Part shown: one piece after another, positions 9,303-18,450 of the stretch
How the letters are laid out: every line of letters begins with the position of its first letter
How positions within the stretch are numbered: the stretch's first letter is position 1
Notes under the pieces: model-generated
Database searches by the model: none
Told to the model about the DNA's origin: nothing
The model's input: the letters and a program-made list of their open reading frames with translations, nothing else
DNA from: an uncultured Prevotellaceae bacterium
GTDB taxonomy: Bacteria; Bacteroidota; Bacteroidia; Bacteroidales; Bacteroidaceae
Reading direction: 5' to 3'
DNA: 64,000 bases
Assembly: GCA_946415365.1 (NCBI GenBank)
Contig: CAMKSE010000007.1
Coordinates: 13,566 to 77,565, forward strand
Made by a program: the position numbers and the translations under genes

Positions 9303-10370
9303 ATGACAATGAAAATGACATCTTGGGTAGCCGTAATGCTCGTGGCACTGACGGCATGTAAGAACAATGTTAAGGAAACGGGGGAAATCATCGACCTGCC
9401 GCGTGCGGAAACTCCTAGTAACGTGACTGCGACGATGGACAGTTTCTTCCAGGAGGCTGCTACTGACTCGATGGACATCCACAGTGTGATGATTGTCAAG
9501 GACGGCAGCGTCATCTACAGCCGCTGGCAGAGCCAGGGTGTTGACAGCGTGCCGCATGTGCTTCACTCCGTGAGTAAGACGTTTACCGCAACCGCCGTTG
9601 GTCTGGCTATTGCTGAGGGCAAGATGGCACTGACAGACAAAGTCATCGACTACTTCCCCGACAAAGTTCCTGCTGAGGTCAGCAACAATCTGAAGGCGAT
9701 GACCGTTCGTGACCTGCTGACCATGACGTGTGGACACGACGTCGAGCCGTCCTTCCGTAACGGAAACGCTGGGCCGGATTGGGTGGCAGCTTTCTTGGCC
9801 CATCCCGTCGAGCATGAGCCTGGCACATTCTACCTCTACAACAGCCTCGGAACCTACATGCTTTCAGCCATCGTACAGCAGGTGACCGGCGAGAAGGTGG
9901 TCGACTATCTGACGCCCCGTCTCTTTGAGCCGCTCCACATCGACAAGCCCTATTGGGAGGAGAGTCCGCAGGGCATCAACTGCGGCGGCTGGGGACTGTA
10001 TCTGAAGACCGAAGATCTCGCCAAGATGGGACAACTGCTCCTTCAGAAGGGCGAGTGGAACGGCAGTCAGCTGATTCCCGAAGAATGGGTCGCCGAGATG
10101 TCGAAGAAACAAGTTGAGAGCATCAATCCCGGCACTCGCATCGAACAGGCCGAAGAGCGTGGCATGACAAAGGAGACCAGCGACTGGATGCAGGGCTACG
10201 GCTATCAGATGTGGCGTTGCCGTCCTGGCTGCTTCCGTGCCGACGGTGCTCGCGGACAGTACATCATCGTCGTCCCCGACAAGAATGCAGTCATCGCCAT
10301 CACCTCCGACGTACAGGATCTACAGGGCGAGCTCAACCTTGTCTGGAAACATATCCTGCCCGCACTTTAA
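9303..10370 (+). CDS. Serine hydrolase (beta-lactamase / PBP4*-like family), lipoprotein
   Basis: Signal/lipobox MLVALTAC and SxxK motif HSVSKTF. Confidence 0.85.
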   Translation: MTMKMTSWVAVMLVALTACKNNVKETGEIIDLPRAETPSNVTATMDSFFQEAATDSMDIHSVMIVKDGSVIYSRWQSQGVDSVPHVLHSVSKTFTATAVGLAIAEGKMALTDKVIDYFPDKVPAEVSNNLKAMTVRDLLTMTCGHDVEPSFRNGNAGPDWVAAFLAHPVEHEPGTFYLYNSLGTYMLSAIVQQVTGEKVVDYLTPRLFEPLHIDKPYWEESPQGINCGGWGLYLKTEDLAKMGQLLLQKGEWNGSQLIPEEWVAEMSKKQVESINPGTRIEQAEERGMTKETSDWMQGYGYQMWRCRPGCFRADGARGQYIIVVPDKNAVIAITSDVQDLQGELNLVWKHILPAL

Positions 10371-10399
10371 TCGATCCCATGCTCATGGTAGAGATAACA

Positions 10400-10431
10400 A
10401 ATCAGGCTAGAACGGTGGTTCTAGCCTGATT
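10400..10431. terminator. Bidirectional hairpin terminator between convergent genes
   Basis: Perfect 14-bp stem aatcaggctagaac / gttctagcctgatt with loop ggtg. Confidence 0.6.
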
Positions 10432-10460
10432 ATCTTTGAAACAGCGTTGACCGCGTTCAT

Positions 10461-11867
10461 TTAATAGAACTTGAAGTAGCGGCGGGCGTTGTTGTAGGAG
10501 ATGTCCTCGACCATACGGCTCAAGATCTCCATATCGTCAGGCAGGAGACCACGCTCCACATCGTTGCCAAGGAGATTGCAGAGGATGCGACGGAAGTACT
10601 CGTGACGCGGATAGCTCAGGAACGAACGGCTGTCAGTCAGCATGCCCACGAAGCGTGAGAGCAGGCCGAGCACCGAGAGGGCGTTCATCTGACGGATCAT
10701 GCCGTCCATCTGATCGTTGAACCACCAGCCGGAACCAAACTGAATCTTGCCGGGCTCACCACCCTGGAAGTTGCCGAGCATCGTGGCGATGACCTCATTG
10801 GCACAAGGATTAAGAGTGTAAAGGATCGTACGTGTGAGTTTACCCTTCATGTTCAGGCGGTTCAGGAAGTTGGACATAGCCTTGGCTGTGTTGAACTCAC
10901 CGATGGAGTCGAAACCGGTGTCAGGTCCCAGCTGGTTGTACATGGCGGTGTTATTGTCGCGGATAGCGCCGTAGTGGAACTGCTGTGTCCAGTCGGCATC
11001 GGCATCCATCTCAGCCATCACGCTGAGGAAGCAGTTCTTGTACTGGCGAACCTCATAGGCAGACAGCTGCTGGCCCCGTAAAGCCTTCGAGAAGATGGTC
11101 TCGATCTGCGAGTCGGTGTACTCCTCATCGTAGAACTCCTCGATGCCGTGATCGGAGAGACGGCAGCCGTTGGCGGCAAAGAAGTCATGACGCTTCTGAA
11201 GGGCGTCGACCATATCGGCGAACTTCACAATCTCTACGCCACTGACCTGAGCGAGCTGCTCGACATACTTCGGGAACTCGGGCTTCTCGATGTTCATGGC
11301 CTTGTCAGGGCGCCAGGCGGGAATCATGATGGGATCATCGGCTGCCTTATGTTTGGCATACTCGATGTGGTTGTGCAGGTCGTCGACGGGATCGTCAGTG
11401 GTGCAGACGCACTCAACATTGTAGTGCTTCATCAGTCCTCTAGCGGAGAACTCGGGCTTCTGCAGCTTCTCGTTACACTCGTCGAAGATCTCGCGTGCAG
11501 TTTTTGGAGAGAGCAGTTTCTCAATGCCGAAGGCGGTCTTCAGCTCCAGGTGGGTCCAGTGGTAGAGCGGGTTACGGAAGGTGTAAGGCACGGTCTCGGC
11601 CCACTTCTCGAACTTCTCCCAGTCGGTGGTGTCCTTGCCTGTGCAGTACTTTTCCTCTACCCCATTGGTACGCATGGCGCGCCACTTATAGTGGTCGCCG
11701 CCCAACCAAAGTTCGGTAATGGACTTGAAACGGTGGTCGTTAGCCACCATCTCAGGAATGAGGTGACAATGATAGTCAATGATGGGCATCTTAGCCGCAT
11801 GGTTGTGATAAAGTTCCTGGGCCAACGGAGTGTCCAGAACGAAGTTATCATCATTGAATTTCTTCAT
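10461..11867 (-). CDS. uxaC: Glucuronate isomerase
   Basis: ORF 10461..11900. Start MKKFNDDNFVLDT...IIDYHCHL is the typical UxaC N-terminus. Confidence 0.93.
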   Translation of the reverse strand: MKKFNDDNFVLDTPLAQELYHNHAAKMPIIDYHCHLIPEMVANDHRFKSITELWLGGDHYKWRAMRTNGVEEKYCTGKDTTDWEKFEKWAETVPYTFRNPLYHWTHLELKTAFGIEKLLSPKTAREIFDECNEKLQKPEFSARGLMKHYNVECVCTTDDPVDDLHNHIEYAKHKAADDPIMIPAWRPDKAMNIEKPEFPKYVEQLAQVSGVEIVKFADMVDALQKRHDFFAANGCRLSDHGIEEFYDEEYTDSQIETIFSKALRGQQLSAYEVRQYKNCFLSVMAEMDADADWTQQFHYGAIRDNNTAMYNQLGPDTGFDSIGEFNTAKAMSNFLNRLNMKGKLTRTILYTLNPCANEVIATMLGNFQGGEPGKIQFGSGWWFNDQMDGMIRQMNALSVLGLLSRFVGMLTDSRSFLSYPRHEYFRRILCNLLGNDVERGLLPDDMEILSRMVEDISYNNARRYFKFY

Positions 11868-11908
11868 ACGTTTGTGAGTTTTATAAGTTTTTAAGTTCAA
11901 ATTTTCTG

Positions 11909-11916
11909 CAAAGATA
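11909..11916 (-). promoter_or_regulatory. -7 box (tatctttg on minus strand) for uxaC
   Basis: The complement of caaagata reads tatctttg. Confidence 0.5.
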
Positions 11917-11939
11917 GTGATAATCTCGCAAAATTGTTC

Positions 11940-11947
11940 TATCTTTG
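11940..11947 (+). promoter_or_regulatory. -7 box (tatctttg) for ansA
   Basis: Lies upstream of the ATG at 11980. Confidence 0.5.
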
Positions 11948-11979
11948 CACAAAATAACCACGTAAACGTTTGCTTTCAC

Positions 11980-13008
11980 ATGCGTAGCAAAGTATTATTG
12001 ATATATACGGGCGGCACGATCGGCATGAACCGTAATCCGCAGACGGGTGCCCTGGAGCCATTCGACTTCGAGCAGCTGCTACAAAGTGTGCCCGAACTGA
12101 AGCAGTTTGACACCGAGATTGACACCTTTCAGTTCTCCCCGCCCATCGACTCTAGCGACATGACACCCGCCCGTTGGACGGACATCTCGCACTGCATCGC
12201 CGACCACTACGAGCGATACGACGGCTTCGTCGTACTGCACGGTACCGACACGATGGCCTACACCGCCTCTGCCATCTCCTACATGCTGGAGAACCTGACG
12301 AAGCCTGTCATCTTTACCGGCTCGCAGCTGCCCATCGGACAATTGCGGACGGATGGCAAGGAGAACCTCATCACCGCCGTCGAGATTGCTGCCGCGAAGG
12401 ATGCTGAGGGCCATGCCCTTGTTCCCGAGGTGGGCATCTATTTCGGCGGCCACCTGCTGCGCGGCAACCGCACCACGAAGCAGAGCGCCGAGGAGTTCAA
12501 CGCCTTCGAGTCGTTCAACTTCCCCCACCTCGTCGATGCCGGCGTGAACATTACCTATCACCGTGAGCGCATCCTGCAGCCCGACTGGCAGAAACCGATG
12601 ACGCCGCACTTCCGATTAGACAACAACGTGATTATTTTTTCTCTCTTCCCGGGCATCCGCGAAGACCTCATCCGGCACATCATCCACACACCGAACCTGA
12701 AGGCCATCGTCATGCGCACCTTCGGCTCCGGCAACGCGCCCCAGAGCCCATGGTTACTGAACGCCCTCCGCGAGGGCACTAAAAACGGCAAGGTCATCGT
12801 GAACATCAGCCAATGCCTGCAGGGAGCCGTCGAGATGTCCCGCTATGACTGCGGCTACCATCTCCAGGAGGCTGGTGTCATCAGTGGCCGCGACATGACG
12901 GTGGAGAGTGCTGTTACGAAGTTGATGTTCCTACAGTCGCACTACGAAGACCCGCAGACCGTGCGCCAACTGATGACGCAGAGCCTGCGGGGCGAAATAA
13001 CATTATAG
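11980..13008 (+). CDS. ansA: L-asparaginase, type I
   Basis: ORF 11917..13008. Start MRSKVLLIYTGGTIGM, with TGGTIGM and HGTDTM motifs. Confidence 0.9.
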   Translation: MRSKVLLIYTGGTIGMNRNPQTGALEPFDFEQLLQSVPELKQFDTEIDTFQFSPPIDSSDMTPARWTDISHCIADHYERYDGFVVLHGTDTMAYTASAISYMLENLTKPVIFTGSQLPIGQLRTDGKENLITAVEIAAAKDAEGHALVPEVGIYFGGHLLRGNRTTKQSAEEFNAFESFNFPHLVDAGVNITYHRERILQPDWQKPMTPHFRLDNNVIIFSLFPGIREDLIRHIIHTPNLKAIVMRTFGSGNAPQSPWLLNALREGTKNGKVIVNISQCLQGAVEMSRYDCGYHLQEAGVISGRDMTVESAVTKLMFLQSHYEDPQTVRQLMTQSLRGEITL

Positions 13009-13013
13009 TAAAG

Positions 13014-13039
13014 AAATCCCCACTATGTCTGGTGGGGAT
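13014..13039. terminator. Hairpin between convergent ansA and the OmpA-family gene
   Basis: 9-bp stem aatccccac / gtggggatt with an 8-nt loop. Confidence 0.5.
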
Positions 13040-13046
13040 TGATCAT

Positions 13047-14321
13047 TTATTTCTTAATAAACTCAACGCGGCGGTTCTTGGCGCGGCCGGCTTCGGTGGA
13101 GTTGTCGGCGACGGGTTCGTGGGAACCCTTACCGACGGGACGGAGGTTGAAGGGATCGCAGCCGAGGCCTTCGAGAGCCTTGACGACGGCCTCAGCACGC
13201 TGCTGAGAGAGCGGGTCGTTGATGGCGTCGGAGCCCTGGTTGTCGGTATGTCCCTGCACCTCGAAGCGTGCACCGGGGTTCTTCTTCATATAGTCAGCAA
13301 CCTTCTGGATCTCGGCCATCGACTCAGGCTTCAGCGTTGCCTTGCCTGTCTCGAAGAGGATGTTGTTAGTCACGAACTTACCCGTCTCGGCAATGGCTTT
13401 CTCAATGGCGGTCATCGACTGTTCATTGCGGTCGTAGAGTGCTACCCCACCCTTCGCCAAGCGGATATTGGTGATGTAATCCACATGATCTTCCCAGAAT
13501 TCTGTTTCGACAGAGAACCAGTCCATAGCCGTGGCATTGGGGATATTGATGATGCGCTTGCCGTTGACATAAACCTTCAAGGCACGCTTGTTGAACGACA
13601 GGGCGAAGTGGTTCCAGTCGTTCAGTTCCATGATGTCCTCCAAAGACGCGTTTCCATGGACATTATCATCACTATTCGGCCTTTGGATGGACCAGGTCAT
13701 TCTGTCCTGACTGAACCAAATGGTACTATTATGACGGTCGTTCTCAGAATTCAGATACAGATTGTAGGCCGTGTTGGTGTCTTCCTTGCCTGTGGCGAAG
13801 AAATCGAACTCCAAGGTATAGAACTCGGGCAAGTACTTCTTGTTACCGTCCTTAATGAGCGGCATGATTTCCGTATTAGAGCCATGCTCAAACTTGATAG
13901 CCATCTTGCCGTTCATCCTGGCAACCTCGGCATTATTCTCGATGAGATCCCACTTCGACGGGAACTCACCCAACTGCTCACCCTGAAGGTTATCCTCGAA
14001 GATGACGACAGTACCGGGAACGAAGTCGCTCTTCACTTCCTCGCCCTGGGCAGTCTTCTTCTTGGCAGCGGGAACCTCCTCCTGCTCTCCTATTTCCTCA
14101 TCTTCGTAGTCGGCATCGTTGCTCTTACTCTTTTTCGTGCCGTTGATGGCATCGTCTATGGCGTCGTCGGTCTCGCGAGTAACCTTATTAGTAACTTTAT
14201 TGGACACTGCATTCTCGGCTGCATTGACAGCTCGGTCCTTCAGACGCTTGAGGAAACCCTGAGCATCGGCCGTGACAGCGAAAGCTACTGCCATCAGCAA
14301 CATTAAAACGATTCTCTTCAT
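13047..14321 (-). CDS. OmpA-family protein (N-terminal lectin/LamG-like region plus C-terminal OmpA peptidoglycan-binding domain)
   Basis: ORF 13047..14363. Start MKRIVLMLLMAVAFAVTADA is a signal peptide. C-terminus carries HTDNQGS...NRRVEF. Confidence 0.85.
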   Translation of the reverse strand: MKRIVLMLLMAVAFAVTADAQGFLKRLKDRAVNAAENAVSNKVTNKVTRETDDAIDDAINGTKKSKSNDADYEDEEIGEQEEVPAAKKKTAQGEEVKSDFVPGTVVIFEDNLQGEQLGEFPSKWDLIENNAEVARMNGKMAIKFEHGSNTEIMPLIKDGNKKYLPEFYTLEFDFFATGKEDTNTAYNLYLNSENDRHNSTIWFSQDRMTWSIQRPNSDDNVHGNASLEDIMELNDWNHFALSFNKRALKVYVNGKRIINIPNATAMDWFSVETEFWEDHVDYITNIRLAKGGVALYDRNEQSMTAIEKAIAETGKFVTNNILFETGKATLKPESMAEIQKVADYMKKNPGARFEVQGHTDNQGSDAINDPLSQQRAEAVVKALEGLGCDPFNLRPVGKGSHEPVADNSTEAGRAKNRRVEFIKK

Positions 14322-14396
14322 TTCTGTCTTAGGTTTGGTTTTTATTTGACGTAAATGCCCCAACGCAGGAAGGCGTTAGGGCTTAATACTTTCCGA

Positions 14397-14873
14397 TTAG
14401 AGGGCAACCAGCACACCAAGGGTGGGAATGAAGCGTCCCCAGTCCTCTACGACCTGATACTTTGCATCAAAGAAGATCTTCCACTTGTCGTTAACGGGCA
14501 GCTCTGCACCGGCACCAATGTTGAAGCCGACCTTGGCCTCGCTCAGGAAACCGAAAGAGTTCTCGCTGTGACCGACAAAGGCAACACCGGCGAGGGGATA
14601 GACGTTGATGGCGTCTGTTGCCGGAATGACATACTGCAGATTGACGTTGATGTCCGACATCGAAATACCATCATGTTTGAAGAAGTGGTCTACCTGTGCA
14701 TCGGCACGTAAGTTGGTGAGGAGCTCGTACTGACCTTTCACACCAATACCGAAGTTCTTGTAGTCAGTGTGGATACCATAGCTGAAGCCTGCGCCTACAA
14801 ACATATCACCCTGCTCAGCAAACATGGCTGTAGAGAACAGCATCATGCAAGCAATCATCATTAACTTTTTCAT
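14397..14873 (-). CDS. Small outer-membrane beta-barrel protein (OmpW/OmpA-barrel-like)
   Basis: Signal peptide MKKLMMIACMMLFSTAMFA followed by alternating beta-strand pattern. The -7 box tatctttg lies upstream on the minus strand. Confidence 0.7.
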   Translation of the reverse strand: MKKLMMIACMMLFSTAMFAEQGDMFVGAGFSYGIHTDYKNFGIGVKGQYELLTNLRADAQVDHFFKHDGISMSDINVNLQYVIPATDAINVYPLAGVAFVGHSENSFGFLSEAKVGFNIGAGAELPVNDKWKIFFDAKYQVVEDWGRFIPTLGVLVAL

Positions 14874-14997
14874 ACGCTTTAATTTTTTGTTAAGTGTTTA
14901 TTATTCTGTTTCTTAGTCTTAATTCGGCTGCAAAGATAAGCAATTATTTGAAAACGGAGCATCATTTTTGTAAAAAAATGCCTATAGACCCTAAAAT

Positions 14998-16080
14998 TCA
15001 ATCATTACTCAACAGAATCTGCAAGATACGGTCTGCCGTACGTCCGTCCCAACGGTCGGGCAGCGCACAGTGTTTCCACGAGCCTCTGACCATCTTTGTC
15101 ACAGCCTCACTCAACCGCTCGGGATCCTCTCCTACGAGCACGTTAGAACCTACGGTCACCGTCTCCTGATGCTCGGTATAATCATTCAGAGTGATACAGG
15201 GAACACCGTTGAAGGTAGCCTCTTCTGCCACGTTTCCAGAGTCGGTTATCACGCCTTTGGCGTGAGCAGTCAACCAGCCAAATCCAAGGTAGCTTAAAGG
15301 GCTTATCATCAGCAGTTTACCTTCTAAGCTTTCAAGCTCTTTACGGGCATAGTCACGCAATGGGGCAACAATAGGTACAGAGCCAGCGGCCTTAGTCATT
15401 GCGAGGATCATTTTGCTGAGATTATCCTTATCAGCTAACAGAGCCTTGCGATTAAGGGTAAACACGATATACTGTCCCTCCTGAATGTCAGGCAGCGAGG
15501 CTGGCTTCTTCAAACGGTCACGGTTAAACCGCAGTGTATCCATCAGGATATTCCCCACCATGAAAGTCTGCGACTGCTCCGACTGTTCGCGAGTAGCCAC
15601 ACCCGTGCTACGCACTCCGGCAGTGAAGAGATAGTCGGAAAGAGCATCAATCACCAGACGATTTATCTCCTTTGGCATGTTTATATTAAAGGAACGCGTG
15701 CCAGCCACAAGATGAGCCAGACGGATGCCACGTTTCTTGGTGACGATAGCAGCGGCCATCGTGGAGGCAAGATCATCGACCACGATCACGACATCTACTG
15801 GATGCTCGTCGAGAAAACGGTCGAAGCGAGCCATCACCTCACTGGTAATCTCATTCAGTCGTGAGCTGCCTACACCGAGGAAATACTGTGGACGAGTGAT
15901 CTGAAGATCTTCAAAGAGCGACGGTTCCAAGGTTGGGTCATCCTCACAGCCCGTATAAACAAGATAACACTCCAGACTCCTGTCGCCGGACGTCTGTCGT
16001 CTGTTTATCTCCCTCACCAATGGTGATACCTTTATGAAATTTGGTCTTGCACCAGCGATAATACAGATAATTTTGCTCAT
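14998..16080 (-). CDS. UDP-N-acetylglucosamine 2-epimerase-like enzyme
   Basis: IAGARPNFIKVSPL N-terminus and epimerase_2-like layout. The -7 box tatctttg lies upstream on the minus strand. Confidence 0.75.
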   Translation of the reverse strand: MSKIICIIAGARPNFIKVSPLVREINRRQTSGDRSLECYLVYTGCEDDPTLEPSLFEDLQITRPQYFLGVGSSRLNEITSEVMARFDRFLDEHPVDVVIVVDDLASTMAAAIVTKKRGIRLAHLVAGTRSFNINMPKEINRLVIDALSDYLFTAGVRSTGVATREQSEQSQTFMVGNILMDTLRFNRDRLKKPASLPDIQEGQYIVFTLNRKALLADKDNLSKMILAMTKAAGSVPIVAPLRDYARKELESLEGKLLMISPLSYLGFGWLTAHAKGVITDSGNVAEEATFNGVPCITLNDYTEHQETVTVGSNVLVGEDPERLSEAVTKMVRGSWKHCALPDRWDGRTADRILQILLSND

Positions 16081-16149
16081 AATCGTTTAATTTTTGTTGC
16101 AAAGATATGTATTTTTCCCCAAATATTTGGATAATTTGAAGAAAAACTG

Positions 16150-16157
16150 TAAATTTG
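16150..16157 (+). promoter_or_regulatory. -7 box (taaatttg) ahead of the structured unit upstream of ribE
   Basis: taaatttgcag lies 13 nt before the 5' arm of the long-range helix. Confidence 0.4.
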
Positions 16158-16169
16158 CAGCGAAAATAT

Positions 16170-16359
16170 ACGGGTCGTGCCGCATAGATCGGGATACTCT
16201 ACAATAAAAAAATTCATTGGGACTGTTTCCCTTGCCAATGGCGGGCCACAGTTATCCTTCGGGAGAGCAGCAATGCCGGTGGATTACAACAGCAGGGAGC
16301 ACCCTTATCGTGTGAAACAGGAGTTTTCACCAAATCATCGGCACGTACCCGTTTTTTTT
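16170..16359 (+). ncRNA. Candidate structured RNA or leader (~190 nt) upstream of ribE; class unassigned
   Basis: The 5' arm acgggtcgtgccg (16170-16182) pairs with cggcacgtacccgt (16339-16352) and is followed by T8 (16352-16359). Internal hairpins are tcc-UUCG-gga (16255-16264) and gtgaaa/tttcac (16312-16330). Canonical FMN-riboswitch blocks were not recognisable by eye. Confidence 0.3.
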
Positions 16360-16360
16360 A

Positions 16361-16416
16361 GTTTATAGTTTACAGTTTATAGTTTATAGTTTATAGTTTA
16401 CAGTTTACAGTTTATA
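16361..16416 (+). repeat. (GTTTAYA)x8 perfect-register heptanucleotide tandem array
   Basis: gtttata gtttaca gtttata gtttata gtttata gtttaca gtttaca gtttata, followed by gaa-ATG of ribE. Confidence 0.97.
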
Positions 16417-16419
16417 GAA

Positions 16420-17019
16420 ATGTTTTCTGGAATCATTGAGGAATTTGCCACTGTTGTGGCTGTTAAAAAAGACCGTGAGAATATCGATTTTACGCTGAAG
16501 TGCTCTTTCACCAGTGAATTAAAAATTGACCAGAGCGTCGCCCACAACGGTGTATGCCTGACCGTAGTAGCCATTAACGGCGAGGAGTATGTGGTAACAG
16601 CCATGAAAGAGACTTTAGATCGCACAAACCTTGGACTACTGAAAGTTGGCGACAAGGTGAACGTAGAGCGCTCAATGCTCATGAATGGCCGTCTTGACGG
16701 TCACATTGTACAGGGTCATGTCGACGAAACCGCCACATGTATTGCGATGGAGGATGCCGACGGCAGCACATATTTCACCTTCGAGTATCCAGAGAACCGT
16801 GAGATGGCCAAGAAAGGCTACTTCACCGTCGACAAAGGTTCCGTCACCGTCAACGGTGTCTCGCTCACCGTCTGTAATCCCACCTCCAACACTTTTCAGG
16901 TGGCCATCATTCCCTATACGTTCGATCATACTAATTTCTGCGATATCCAAGTAGGGACAGTCGTTAACCTCGAGTTCGACATCCTTGGAAAATACATCGC
17001 ACGTCTACAACAACTATAA
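16420..17019 (+). CDS. ribE: Riboflavin synthase (alpha chain)
   Basis: MFSGIIEE... N-terminus, GVCLTV motif, duplicated lumazine-binding repeats. Confidence 0.93.
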   Translation: MFSGIIEEFATVVAVKKDRENIDFTLKCSFTSELKIDQSVAHNGVCLTVVAINGEEYVVTAMKETLDRTNLGLLKVGDKVNVERSMLMNGRLDGHIVQGHVDETATCIAMEDADGSTYFTFEYPENREMAKKGYFTVDKGSVTVNGVSLTVCNPTSNTFQVAIIPYTFDHTNFCDIQVGTVVNLEFDILGKYIARLQQL

Positions 17020-17025
17020 CCAACT

Positions 17026-18450
17026 ATGAGATTTCTTAGAAAGACCATCATCCTGCTGGTGTTGGTATTGGCGTCTGCCACCCACGCCCAACGCAATGTA
17101 ATCCACATTCTATCCACCAACGACATGCACTCGTCGATGGATTATTTTCCTCAGTTAGCCGCACTCGCCGACAGTTTGCGCGACATCGATCCCGGACTGC
17201 TCATCCTCTCTGCAGGCGACAACCGCACGGGTAACCCCTTGAATGACCTCTTTGAGATACCCGCCTACCCGATGGTGGCACTGATGAATCAGGTTGGCTT
17301 TGCAGCCTCCGCCCTCGGCAACCATGAGTTCGACATTGCCTCACTACCCAGACTCATACCGCTGTCGAACTTCAGTTATATCTGTGCCAACATTGTGCCA
17401 GACTACACCTCCGGCATCCGTACCGTACCCTGTAAGGTGTTTGACGTGCGAGGCACAAAAGTGGGTATTGTCGGCGTGGTGCAGGTGAATAAATGGGGCC
17501 GTCCTGACACCCACCCCGACAACGTACAGGGCCTGAAGTTCCTAGACCCCACGGAAACCGTCAGTCGTTATGAATGGCTCAGCCGTGAGTGCAACGCCAC
17601 CATCCTACTCTCACATATCGGCTATGATGCTGATGTCCAGATGGCAGAGCACTTCCCCTGGTTAGATCTCATTGTAGGCGGACACACCCATAAACAGCTC
17701 ACATCAAGCGAACCCCTCCACAACGGCGTGCTTATTACCCAGAACAAGAACAAACTGACCACTGCCACCTATATCACACTGACCTTGGACAGCGGCAAAG
17801 TTGTGAGTAAGCAAGCCGAATACTTCGACCTTAAGACCTATCCCCGTCGCAACATCATTGTCGACCAAATGGTCAAAGCATTCAAGGGTAATCCCGCCTT
17901 CAGCCGTGTGCTCGCTGTCGCTGACAAGCCCTTCGACAACATCAACGAAGTCGGAGCAATGGTCTGCGACGCCTTCCTTGAAGGCACAGGTGCTGACATC
18001 GCTATTGAGAACTACCGGGGCGTACGACTCGAGCACCTTCCCGCTGGCAACATAACTGTACTTAATGCCCTCGCTATTGACCCCTTCGGTAATCAGGCCG
18101 TAGAGATGACGATGACAGGCGACCAACTATACCAGATGCTTACTGCCTACAGCCGTATGGACATCTTCCACTTCCCACATCTGGGTGGACTGCTCGCTGA
18201 GGTGAAACTCGACAAGGCCGACTCAACCGTCATCCAGAGTTTCAAGCTCATGACACCCGATGGGAAACCCATCGAGAAGAAACGTAAGTACCGCATCGTG
18301 ACCAACACCTATGTCAGTTCAACATGCACCGTCCTCAGTCCCGACGACATAAACGTGCTCAATGCCCAGACTTCCGACCTCATCATGCACTTCCTTGAGC
18401 ATAAAGGCCACGTCGACTATAATGGTGTCAAGCGTGTCTGGTTCAAGTAA
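17026..18450 (+). CDS. Secreted bifunctional metallophosphatase / 5'-nucleotidase (UshA-like)
   Basis: Signal peptide, NDMHS, GDN..GN and GNHEFD metallophosphoesterase motifs, C-terminal 5'-nucleotidase domain. Confidence 0.85.
   Translation: MRFLRKTIILLVLVLASATHAQRNVIHILSTNDMHSSMDYFPQLAALADSLRDIDPGLLILSAGDNRTGNPLNDLFEIPAYPMVALMNQVGFAASALGNHEFDIASLPRLIPLSNFSYICANIVPDYTSGIRTVPCKVFDVRGTKVGIVGVVQVNKWGRPDTHPDNVQGLKFLDPTETVSRYEWLSRECNATILLSHIGYDADVQMAEHFPWLDLIVGGHTHKQLTSSEPLHNGVLITQNKNKLTTATYITLTLDSGKVVSKQAEYFDLKTYPRRNIIVDQMVKAFKGNPAFSRVLAVADKPFDNINEVGAMVCDAFLEGTGADIAIENYRGVRLEHLPAGNITVLNALAIDPFGNQAVEMTMTGDQLYQMLTAYSRMDIFHFPHLGGLLAEVKLDKADSTVIQSFKLMTPDGKPIEKKRKYRIVTNTYVSSTCTVLSPDDINVLNAQTSDLIMHFLEHKGHVDYNGVKRVWFK

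Noticed and set aside
13032-14306. 424-aa plus-strand ORF antisense to the OmpA-family gene
   Set aside because: The minus-strand frame has a signal peptide and a canonical OmpA C-terminal domain. The plus-strand product has no motifs and a Gly/Val/Leu-rich shadow composition.
16177-16368. A 63-aa ORF in the ribE upstream region, and the idea that this region is a canonical FMN riboswitch
   Set aside because: The ORF has no promoter-proximal start context and runs through the U-tract and repeats. The conserved FMN-element sequence blocks could not be found by eye, so I do not call it an FMN riboswitch. It is kept only as an unassigned structured candidate.
16361-16416. Possibility that the tandem repeats are a CRISPR array
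   Set aside because: The units are 7 nt with no spacers, and there are no cas genes. This is a microsatellite-type array.
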